Positions 45,130-55,330 of a stretch of DNA of 64,000 bases are shown here, in pieces (within the stretch, counting starts at the first letter, position 1; each line of letters opens with the position of its first letter). Under the pieces are notes generated by a model. The model had not been told where the DNA came from, searched no databases, and saw only the letters and a list, made by a program, of their open reading frames with translations. The stretch lies in NCBI RefSeq assembly GCF_009914755.1, contig NC_060939.1; one strand, given 5' to 3'. Source of the stretch: the human T2T-CHM13v2.0 reference genome, Homo sapiens. The translations under genes and the position numbers were made by a program.

Positions 45130-46260
45130 ATCTTTTTTTCTAGGCAAGAACTTTAATGAATTGTTACCGACAACATAAAAAAAACAGTATAATATATACA
45201 AAATCATCATTTGATGTCAGGAGAAAATTCATCATGTCGGCAGCAGAACATGTCTGCCGACCTCCAAGTGGCTGGCATAGTACATCCACTCTGTGACAGG
45301 CCCACTGGGACTGTGGTGAACATGCCTGTACCTCAGTACAAAGTCCCCTTTTACTGAGAAATGTACAGAAGGAGAGATGAAGAAAATGTACCCAAAAGGA
45401 AGAGGGAGAGGTTGGGTGCCCTGTGCCCCGAGCTCAGAACTTCAGGGGGATGACCTGCCAGTACTTGGGCTGCTTTTGGTCACAGTGCTTGTCAAAGCTC
45501 AGCTGCACCGCAGCCTCCATGGCCTGGATCTTGGCGCTGTCCCCATACAATCGCTTCATCTCGGCCTGGGACGCTGCTCTCTAGGCCTCTCAGTTGGGGC
45601 CTCTACCAACCAGCGGGTGTTGCAGTACAGGTCAGGTCGTGGTCAGCCTTCACATAGCTTTCCAGGTGCTCTGCATCCAGCTGCTGTCACCACCGTCCTT
45701 CTCTGTGCCTCTACCGAGGCACTCTGCAGAGTACTGGCGGAGCTCTTTGGTGATTTCCATATTGCTCAGGTCACATTCTACCTCTGCATCTAACTTGATC
45801 TCCATCTCTTCCTCTTTGGACAAATCTTGGTCTTCTCTTGTGGATGCCTGGATTCTACTGCTGTCATGTGGCTGCTGCCCAGACCCTCTGAAATGTAAAG
45901 AACTGCACGGGGAGTCCTGCCAGGTCACATGATGGCCATAGAAGGACTAAGGATACGCAGCCTGGTTATCGTAACAGCTTTGGGGAGGAAGTGCAGGAGG
46001 GAAGTACCAAGGAAGACTGCAACAGGATTCCCCGGCCTTCCTGTAGGCATTGTGGTGGCTTTGCATCGAAGCCATTGCTTGATGATAATGTTGCCAGTAT
46101 CTTGCATATATCGGATGAGAATACCAAGGCCTGGTAGCTTTCAATGTTCATGCCTTCACCGCTGCCGTCTCTGATTGTGAAAGTCCAAGTGGGTGCCGAA
46201 ACTCATGGGCTCTCAGCTTGCATATCCTGAGCGGTGGCCAAGCAGGGGCCTAGTTTTCCT
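45130..46260 (-). pseudogene. GEMIN8P: Processed pseudogene of GEMIN8 (SMN complex subunit); CDS-equivalent 46168-45434
   Basis: Translations [68 protein letters not shown] match GEMIN8; intronless; ATG>ACG, in-frame TGA (codon 7) and TAG (45947-45949), frameshift near 45715; ATTAAA (45157-45152), A-tail remnant, TSD tcctt(a)gtgagaagtt at 45115-45129 and 46261-46276. Paralog number not determinable from sequence. Confidence 0.95.
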
Positions 46261-46339
46261 TCCTTAGTGAGAAGTTTTAAAGATTCCCTGGTCACTCATT
46301 GTTTTGAGCTAGATGTCTTGTGAATTAGTAGTTAGCACA

Positions 46340-46850
46340 CACTTATTGCTTACCCCTCCCTCACATTCATTTCTTCATCGCCTAACAACAGCTCCTGATT
46401 GGACTTGGGGTCAAGCCCTCTCTTAGCCCAGGTGGCTTGGGTGGGGGTTCTTGAGGTAGAGCACATGACCCTGACCTAAGCCAATCATCACTTCTCATTT
46501 CCCAGGTCACAGCAATTAGTTCAGGGGTGGGCATGTTACCAGAGGCTAGTACAATCAGAATGAAGTCAGGACTTTTGTGGAAAGCAGGCTCAAGTCTCCC
46601 TGCTAGACTTGAACCCTCAGGCTTGTGAAATGAGCCTTGGGTGTTACCTTGAGTTTGAGAATAAAGCTGAGGACTGGAGAGAGGTCATATATTGGAGACA
46701 GCACAGAGCTCCTGATCCAGCCTTGCCTGAAGCTGGCCCTACCCTTTGATCTTTTAGTAATAGGAACTAATAAATTTTCTTTTAGGTTTAAACACATTTG
46801 GGTCAGATTATAAGTTAACTGAAGTAGAATGAGTCCTCACTGATACAAGT
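46340..46850 (+). mobile_element. Old MLT1 (J/K-like) MaLR LTR
   Basis: gcacatgaccctgacctaagccaatca...gttcaggggtgggcatg...cctgatccagccttgcctgaagc...aataaattttcttttaggtttaaac...tcctcactgataca. Confidence 0.75.
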
Positions 46851-47799
46851 ATGATCAGCAAAAGAAAAAGACCAAATATAATAAGGAAGACATATTCCTT
46901 GATATTTATAGTTTGGAAGGCAAAAAGGTTAAAGGGGACCATTCTCATATCCCCATGGAATCCATGGAGTCACAGTCAAGCACTCCTGGAGGGATCTGGG
47001 TGCCGGCATCTCCAGCCAGCCCTGTGATAGAGATCTGAGGAGTTCCCCTTAGAGCTTCTCAAGGAAATCCTTGATGCAATAAGCCGCACACTTAGGGAAG
47101 CTGTTCTCTCCAGACAGGGTACAACTTGAGAAATGGTTTCAAAATGTTTTGACATGTTCCTGAATGGCAGGTCTATGGGAGAACAGAACGGGGGCTGTGG
47201 TATGTTTGAGGCTTTCTGTGACCTAGGGGTAGGTGTCAGGAAAGCTTCCAAACTCTCCCTAGAGGCCAAGCCAGGGCTGCCTGAGAGGCTGGACAGTGGG
47301 CACTCAGGCCCCACTGGGCAGGGACACCAGTGTGTCATGCTTGTTGTCACACTTGGCTTATTTGCTCTTCTCCACCAGGAATTCTGTGGGGCAGGGGATT
47401 GCACACTGCACACATCACAGCTGCTCATCCAGGGTTCAGGGAGCACAGGTGTTGTGGCACTTGCTTCATCTTGAGTGGCACGGAGCACAGAGCAGCCCCT
47501 GTGGAGTGTGGAAACACCAAACCCTGAGTCACCACTGACTGTTGCCCTGGGCATAGAACCCCAGGTGAAGGCACTTAACACTGGTTATCCCTGTGCATCC
47601 AGGAAGCTGAATGGCGGCCAAAGAAAAAAGTTACAATGCAGTCAGGCTGGACCAGAGAATTCCTGCATGTGCAAGTTTGTGCGTGTGTATGTTTTGGAAG
47701 TCAAGCCAGATGTCGTCTTTCCTCATGTGACATTTGGTATCTTTTTTCCACAGCAGTGTTCCATTATGTTCTAGTTCTTGAAAGAGGCAGTGAGGCAAC

Positions 47800-47935
47800 A
47801 AGTGTACGACGAAATTGATTTGGGAAATGATTTATGTGTATTATAGTCTTCTCTTAGAGGATCACAAAGTATATTAGCATATTAAAGGCTCTGAGAAGTC
47901 CTGTAATAAAGGAGCCTGGTTGATTGAATGATTGT
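47800..47935. mobile_element. MER103-like hAT fragment
   Basis: gatcacaaagtatattagcatattaaaggctctgagaagtcctgtaataaag. Confidence 0.7.
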
Positions 47936-50435
47936 GGAACTCATTGTGGGTGGATCATTCGCATACTGGATGGAATGGGGTGCCAGGCTGACTGTGCAGA
48001 GGGTGATTAGTCCCTGAAATGTAGATAGGGGCCACCTAGAGAATGGTGGAGCGTCGGACATGGATGGGTGAACTGACCAACTGGGCTATGCATTTCAGCC
48101 CCAAAGCACTTAAAGCATAAGGTAGATTGTAAGATCCTGGAGTTCACCTGCCTTAAACACCTCCTTTCATAGGAGAAGGACACCAAGGTCGTTAGAGAAG
48201 AACTGAGTTACTCATGATCACCAGTCAGAGCTCTTGGCTGCACCACATAGATGCCAATGTTGGATACCTAGGGAGAATGAGATTTGATGGAAGGATATGG
48301 AGAAGGCCACTGAACCCACTGGAAGACTGGAGAACCGGGTCCAGAAAACAAGCAGAAGCCAAGGGAAAGTGGGCTGCTGAGAGCATAGCCAGATCATGCC
48401 ACGAAATCTGATTAGCCCACTTCAGCTACGGCCCATGATGCATCAGAAATGGACCCATGGCTCTCTGTGTTCTTCCCAGTGGGTACAGGTGATTGGCTGA
48501 GCACAGACTGCGTTCCCCTCCCTGGCTGTTAGGGTCTGGGAGAACAGGTGGGAGGCTTTTGTGGCTTCTGCAGCAGAAGCCCGGAGCCCATCTCTCCCAA
48601 CGACTCACACAGGAAGGAAGCCCCCATCTGGTTGGGGGCAGAATGAGGTTACAAAGCCCATCTCCTGTCTTGCAGTTCAGATTATGCAGCCAAGGGTACT
48701 CTTTTACATAAGTGTTTAAAATCTTGATTTAATCAGCAACATAGACCTTGCAGCGTTCCTGCTTCCATGATAGAAGGATATGAACTATTTGAAACATTCG
48801 CAACTACTGCTCTCCTTGGGGATTCCTACCCTCCTTCCATTCTTTACTCACTGGCCTCATGGTAGAGTAACTAGAGCAGAAATGCAGAGCGAGAGAGAAA
48901 CAAATATGCAGCTTTCGAAACCCATGGCAGAGACAATAGTTTGAGAGTCTCAAAATCTTGCCTTTCGAGAATCCGAGTCCTGACACACAGAAATCAGGAG
49001 GACTAGTGTATGGTTTGTTAAGCTACTTTTTCCCACCTACCCAGTCTACATTAATGACTCCCTGAGCAAAGAAAAAAAAAAGTCCTTAGAAGGAAAGAGA
49101 GTTAAATGCTGGCATGAATCTCTGGGAATGGTCCTGCCTACACGTTCCACGCTCTCAAACTCTGAAGTTGAGGGGACGATAGAATCTCCAATAATTTAGG
49201 GGATCAGAGAGAAGAGAGACAGGTGCCCCCACTCCGTGGGGAGGCAGGAAGCTCCATAGAGAAGTCCCAGCATTCAGTGTCGTGAAGGACCAATAGATAG
49301 GCAGGAAGCAACCTCCGGGGGGTTCAGGGCGCATCACAAGCCCTCATCCCCCCGGTGTTGTGTAGCGAACAACAGAATGTTTCTGAGTGTATCTGATGGT
49401 CCTGAGAGCCAGAAAACCTGGAGGGCCTTGAGCCTGGGATGGTAGGATGTAAGAGCAGGTGCAGGTGTGGACCAAGGGCAGGAATGAGGATTCCCCACCA
49501 GTCCACAAGGGGTGGCCGCCACCAAGGACCAGCTGGGCAATGGCCAGTCCAGTGGCGGCCAGGGTGGACAGCTGACAGCAGAGAGCCAGGCCTGCTTCCC
49601 CAGATGCACTGATGTGATGTTTTCGCCACCTCAACTGAATCCATCCTCTGGGAGAAGGTGAGAAGGGGAAAGCCTTGAATTGACTTGAATGGCGGTCCTG
49701 CTAAAAGTGGAATAGCGGATCAAAGGAGAAATTAGATTTTTCTTTTTTTTTAAAAAAAAAAATCTGAATGTGTGGCCTGTGACATTCATTCTGATATAAT
49801 GTAAACTGTAGTTTATGCATAGAGTTAAAACTAGTCCACAATATTTTCTTTAGAAAGGTTGCAAGCACCTGTCTCCTAGAATTATTATCAAACACCATTT
49901 GACTTTGATTTTCCTTACCCACATCCCAGGTCAAAGTTAAAATGATTGGCAGCATGTTGGCAGTGACTTCCCGTAAAATAGGGCTGGCACTGCTGGTTGC
50001 CTTTGGGCCCAAGCCCAGCAGCCACTGAGTGCCTAGGAGCAGCCCCTGTTCCTCCTGAGGCTAGGCCTCCTGGGTTGCACCCTCGATGAGTCACGCTTGT
50101 TCCTGGCTTGGTGATCGTAAACACTGGAGGAGATGATGCAGATGACAGTCTTTTGAAAATCTTAAATTTCTTCCTGTGTCTGTGGGACTTCGGTCAAGCC
50201 TCCCCTTGGGGCTCAGTTTCCTCATCTGTAAAATGAGGTCACCTTTGCTGCCCTACTGACAGTGGTGGCAGCTTTCATGCATCCAGTGTCTACCACATTT
50301 GAGCACTTTCCACTTCCAATCAGATCTTACTTCGTCTCCATGACAGCCCTGCTGGGGAGGTGCAGTGAGCCTCGGTTTACAGATGTGGAAACAGCTTCAA
50401 AAGAAGAAACCTGCCAAAGCTCAGACACATAATTA

Positions 50436-50912
50436 ATTCATCAACTCTAAGACTCAGTAGATTGTAAGACACACAATTATTTTACAAACAACAAAAATAG
50501 GAAAAAGGGGCCAGGTGCGGTGGCTCACGCCTGTAATCCCAGCACTTTGGGAGGCCAAGGCGGGTGGATCACGAGGTCAGGAGATTGAGACCATCCTGGC
50601 TAACACGGTGAAACCCCATCTCTACTAAAAATGCAAAAAATTAGCCGGGTGTGGTGGCAGGCGCCTGTAGTCCCAGCTACTCAGGAGGCTGAGCTAGGAG
50701 AATGGTGTGAATCTGGGAGACGGAGCTTGCAGTGAGCTGAGATCGCGGCACTGCACTCCAGCCTGGGCAACAGACAGAGACGCCATCTCAAAAAAAAAAA
50801 AAAAGAGAAAAAGAACTGCCAATTATAACAGCAAGGTGTCACTGATTGCAAGACACATTCTGATTTCAGAGCCGTTAAAATGCATACAAAGGTGGGGCTT
50901 AGAATTTTTGGA
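50436..50912. mobile_element. Tigger-like palindromic DNA transposon remnant split by AluY
   Basis: ttcatcaactctaagac...gattgtaagacacac | gattgcaagacacattctgatttcagag...cttagaattttt; internal repeat and inverted termini; family name uncertain. Confidence 0.5.
50509..50804 (+). mobile_element. AluY SINE
   Basis: gatcacgaggtcaggagattgagaccatcctggctaacacgg; gaatggtgtgaatctgggagacggagcttgcag; A-tail; gaaaaag on both flanks. Confidence 0.95.
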
Positions 50913-51879
50913 CTACTGAGTGGAACTGATGGTGAAGGTGGGTGTGATTCCAGGGCTGAGGGATTCCAAAGTTTGAGTTCTTTGTGTTGGGTCAAGTGGC
51001 CACCCAGAGAGCTGATGCATGCTGATGTGAGACTCCTACAAGCCATGAGACAAAACAGACTTATAAACATGTAACGTGTTGTGTTGACACAAGGAACCAA
51101 GCAGTGATGAGGAATGTGCCAATGGCTGAGATGGAGCAACCCACTTGCTGAGTCTTGCAAAAGCAACCTCCCTAGATGAACTTTCAGTGGATTCTGGGTG
51201 GAATTCTGTCACAGCACAGAAAACGGACTTCTTGCCATGGCGCTTTATGCAATCCCATCTTAGGAGCCAACTTGTCAAAGAATTGCTTGGCTTAACTCAG
51301 ATCCAATTCACCTACAGAGAATCAACTCCAAAACAAGCATCCCAGGTTTGTTGCAGAGCTGATGAGCCTTCCGGTTGGTGAGAAGGGCCAGGAAAAAAAT
51401 CCAAGAGACAACCTGGGATCCCCAATGGTTCTGCCTTGCCCAAGTCTGATGCTGCTGGAGGCTCCTGTGCCTGTCCCTTATCTGTCCCCTCTCTTTGGGT
51501 GGAGCAGGACCTGGCTTCCCTGGGGCTACTGTCTTGAATAGAGCATAACAAGCACGCACAGACCCTGTCCTGGAACCTGCCATTGCTGTGAGATTCCCCT
51601 CCCCAAATCAGATCTGCCCTCAGATGGAGCCTGAGTAGACACAGTCATTTAGACCTTTAGTTCCTCCTCACCAGGTGCCCACAACTGGTTTACCACCTCT
51701 GAGTCTGGCTGATCCTTTCCTGGCTCCCTCATCTCCTCTACCAACCTCTCAGATGCTACCATCTGATGTAAGTTTCCATTACTGTTGCTGGCTGGGGCAC
51801 ACTAAGCATCACCAGCTCTAGCATCTTAGGAACTTTATTTCATCAGGGCTTCCCAACACTCTCTGAAGCAGGTGTTACT

Positions 51880-52195
51880 TTTATTTTTATTTATTTATTT
51901 TTTTTGAGACAGAGTCTTGCACTGTCGTCCAGGCTGGAGTACAGTGGTACGATCCTGGCTCACCGCAACCTCCACCTCCCAGGTTCAAGCGATTCTCCTG
52001 TCTCAGCCTCCTGAGTAGATGGGATTACAGGGGCCCACCACCACACCCAGCTAATTTTTTGTATTTTTAGTAGAGTCGGCATTTCACTATGTTGGCCAGG
52101 CTGGTATCGAATGCCTGACCTCATGATTCACCCACCTCGGACTCCCAAAGTGCTGGGATTACAGGCCAGCTGAAGGGTGAGCCACCGCACCCAGC
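51880..52195 (-). mobile_element. AluS (Sg-like) SINE inserted in a MIR
   Basis: Reverse Alu; TSD tgaagcaggt(g/a)ttact at ~51864 and ~52196; MIR core continues at 52200-52290. Confidence 0.93.
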
Positions 52196-52509
52196 TGAAG
52201 CAGGTATTACTATCCTCATTTTAAAGGTGGAAAACCTGAGGTTCAGAGAGGCCAATCACATGTTCAAACGACACAGCCAGCAAGTGAGAGAGCCTTCACT
52301 AAGTCGTTATAGAGTGCTTAGAACAGTGGCTGGAACAGCATGAACACTCAGTAAATACTTGTTAGATGACAGAAGGAAAAACTGCCTTATGGTGATAGTG
52401 CTGAGAATTTCATCACGAACTAGTTATTATTTAATTTTATTCAACCGAGCACCTGCTTTTGAGCCCAGGGTAGACCTACAAAGGATATAGGTTCTAGGCA
52501 ACCCAGGTT

Positions 52510-52512
<3 letters not shown>

Positions 52513-52560
<48 letters not shown>
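52513..52560. repeat. (AC)n microsatellite, ~24 perfect units
   Basis: acacacac... uninterrupted. Confidence 0.98.
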
Positions 52561-52562
<2 letters not shown>

Positions 52563-53334
52563 CTCCTTTAATGACCCGCCTGCAATTGATATACTGCTAA
52601 GTAGCATTTCTTGTACTGGGGAGATTCTATTTCCACACCAGCAGCAAATATGACCTTTGTGTCAGCTGCCAGCTGCTTATAATTCTGACAGATGCAAGCA
52701 CATTTCTGGGAAGCTGTAGCCACTCAGGACCTTGCAGATCAACAGGCAACACTGGCGGCTTTGGTAAGATTGATCGGCCGGTGAGAATCCCATTTACAGC
52801 CCTAACGGAGCCTTGGTTTACCACGGCCTGGGCACTAATGACTTAGACAGCTCTGATCTAAATCTGTCAGCCAGGGCTGGTGGCGATATTAAAGAACACT
52901 CTATTTATATGAAGCAGCAATTAGAGGAATGCTCGCCAATGGGCCACCTCTTCCAAGTAAATCCCCAGCCTTCCAAATGGTGTCATGCTCACGGTTATTT
53001 TAATCCGCTTGGAATTTCAGGGATATTAATGTGACGGGCCATCGCAGAGGATTAGCCAGGTTTATTTCTGCTGACATTTCAGAGAGCACACTCAGGTTCC
53101 CAAGCCATGCCCCCACGCCTCCCTGGCGCATCACTGGGGGAGGCAATTGAGGGAGGGAGAAGCAGCTGCAATGAGGGTGAACCTGTCTCCCTTCAGCCCT
53201 GCCTCCCATCTCACCCTTCCTTCCCCTGCCTCCTCTGCCTTTCCTCCCCACTTCCCTCCAGGCCCCTTCAGTCTCTTCTCCCTCCCTGTTCTAACTTTTT
53301 CTTCTTGTTCTCTCCAGGAAACAAGCTCTTGTAT

Positions 53335-53531
53335 GGGGTTGCCAGATAAAATACAGGATGCCAGCTTAAATGTGAATTTCAGATAAACAAGGAAGAATTC
53401 TTTTTTTTAGTGTAAGTACCATGCATTTATGTTGGGACATACTTAGACACTAAAAAGTTCCTTTGTTGTTTACCTGAAATTCACATTTAATTGAGCATCT
53501 TCTATTTTTATTTGCTAAATCTGGCAACCCT
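53335..53531. mobile_element. MER53 palindromic hAT MITE
   Basis: TIRs gggttgccagat / atctggcaaccc; internal arms aaatgtgaatttcagataaacaa / ttgtttacctgaaattcacattt. Confidence 0.9.
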
Positions 53532-53639
53532 ACATAGGAAGAGTGAGTATAAAGTAGAGAGGCCACTGCTGGATAAAAAAAGTGTCCCACCTTGGTCTGC
53601 CAGTTAAATTTGTCCTCTGTCATTGTCACCTTGAGAGAT

Positions 53640-53802
53640 TCCCCAGGCCCTGTGCATTCTGTTACTCAGCCCCTTACTTTCTGATTATTTTTTTCCCACT
53701 ATATTGTGAGTCTCTTGAGGGCAAGGACCAAAGCTTAGTTTTCTTTAGCTCTGACATCTGGGGTCAGAGAATAAATATTTATTGAATGAATGGATGAATA
53801 AA
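53640..53802 (+). mobile_element. L2 LINE 3' end
   Basis: ccactatattgtgagtctcttgagggcaaggacca...aataaatatttattgaatgaatggatgaa. Confidence 0.75.
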
Positions 53803-54069
53803 AGAATGGTTTACTCCAAAAAATGATTCTGTCATTTCTTAAAGGGTTTTTGGAATTTTTTTTAATCCAGTGATAAACCCCATTGGAAGAACAGCCCTTT
53901 CATCCTAGTTATAAATGTTGCCTCTGCTAGCTTTCAGGAAAGGTCTGAGAGGGGACTGGGTGGCCCTCTGGAGATATGCTGGCTGTTAACAGCTGCTATG
54001 AACATATTTGAATATTGTAGCTGCAAGTATGGCTGCACTGTTGCATACAGCAACTGAATATTAGTTCTG

Positions 54070-54460
54070 GAAACAGGTAAAATTATTATCACCCTGTCTG
54101 ACAGGTAAGCAAACTGAGACCCAGACAGACTAAGAAGTTTGCCTCTGGACACACAGCTAACAAGCAGCAGTGCCAGGTTTGAATCCAGGCAGGCTGGCTT
54201 GAGAATCCAGGCCGTATTTCCTCTCCCAATGATCACTACCTTTATTAAGTATTTAACATACCCGTGCTGCCAGGCACTGTCCTAAGCACTTTCTTTATAT
54301 GCATGCAGTCCTCACAACAATTCTATGAAATACATACTCTCATTATTCCCACTTTACCAATGAAGAAATTGAGCCAACCTGAGGCTTAGTTACTTGCCCA
54401 GGGTCATGCAGCTGGCAGGGAGAGGGGTCCGGATTGAACCCCTGGCTGCAGAGTTTGTGC
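54070..54460 (-). mobile_element. Two tandem MIR SINEs
   Basis: aaactgagacccagac...acacagctaacaagc...ccaggtttgaatccaggcaggctgg; cctcacaacaattctatga...ttacttgcccagggtcatgcagct. Confidence 0.75.
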
Positions 54461-55061
54461 CCCAACCCTCACTGGCATGCGGCAACGAGGTCAGGACCCT
54501 CATTCCCAGTTCCACAGAGCTTATATTGTGGGATTACAGGACCTGGCCCCTTGTTCATTCACCCAGCCGGTACCTAGAAAGCACTTGGGCCTTGTAAGGC
54601 TCTGACTGTGACAGATACTATGAGGGACAGAAAGGTGGATGGATCCCAGTTCCTACCTTCAAGTCACTTAGCAGAGGAGGGAAGATCTGCACCCCATCCA
54701 TTCTCAAGTGCCAGCTTCATATGCTGTCTCCAGAAAGTGTCATCTCCACCTCTTTGCTCCTCTACACTCCCGGCCCCAGCCTGGTCAGGAACCAGGTTGG
54801 CTCTTATATATACTATTACAATAGGCTCCTAACAGTGTCCTGGTCTCTCCAATCCATCTTCCACCTCCTATCCCCCAAATCAGGCCATGGTAACCTCCCC
54901 TGCTCAGAATCCTTCAACACTGCCCTAATGCGTTTTGACAACTTTCAAACGCGCCTTTTACTAGTATGTCATCTCCATGTGCCCTGCCTCCTCATGCCCA
55001 CAGCATGGAAAACAGATGTGAGTGGGGCTGTGCCAGTTGCAAATGAGGGGGTGCCCTGAAC

Positions 55062-55268
55062 GCTGCGGCCCGGCTCCTCATCCTACAGCCCCGCCCCTCA
55101 CCCTGCAGTTCCGCCTCTTTCCCCGCAGCCCCGCCTCTTTCGCCGCAGCCCCGCCCCCACCCTACAGCGCCGCCTTTTTCTCTGCAGCCCCGCCCCCACC
55201 CTACATCCCCGCCTCTTTCCCTGCAGCCCGGCGCCTCGCCCTGGCTTCCTCCCTCTTTCCCTGCAGCT
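55062..55268. repeat. GC-rich degenerate minisatellite (~19-20 bp units, core CAGCCCCGCC)
   Basis: Alternating units cagccccgcctctttccc(c/t)g and cagccccgcccccaccta, about 7-9 copies; locally CpG-rich. Confidence 0.85.
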
Positions 55269-55330
55269 TACCTGGCCATTGTATGGAAACCCGGCGTTCC
55301 AGGAAACAGGGTCACAGCCAATGGCCTGGA
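55062..55330. promoter_or_regulatory. Candidate promoter: GC-box array + RFX X-box-like + CCAAT
   Basis: Multiple CCCCGCCC (Sp/KLF) and CGCCCCCAC (EGR); GTTCCAGGAAAC 55296-55307; CCAAT 55318-55322; motif-based only. Confidence 0.45.

Noticed and set aside
45377-45793. 138-aa + strand ATG ORF
   Set aside because: Antisense shadow of the GEMIN8 pseudogene coding frame.
46976-47581. 201-aa minus-strand ORF
   Set aside because: Ser/Pro-rich, no family similarity, non-ATG start, no supporting gene structure.
53400-53470. Annotated MIR1302 gene
   Set aside because: Only the first 14 nt match the recalled mature sequence and the complementary arm is disrupted; kept as a MER53 observation only.
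55062-55268. CRISPR-like repeat array
   Set aside because: Degenerate contiguous tandem units with no unique spacers, eukaryotic context, no cas genes.
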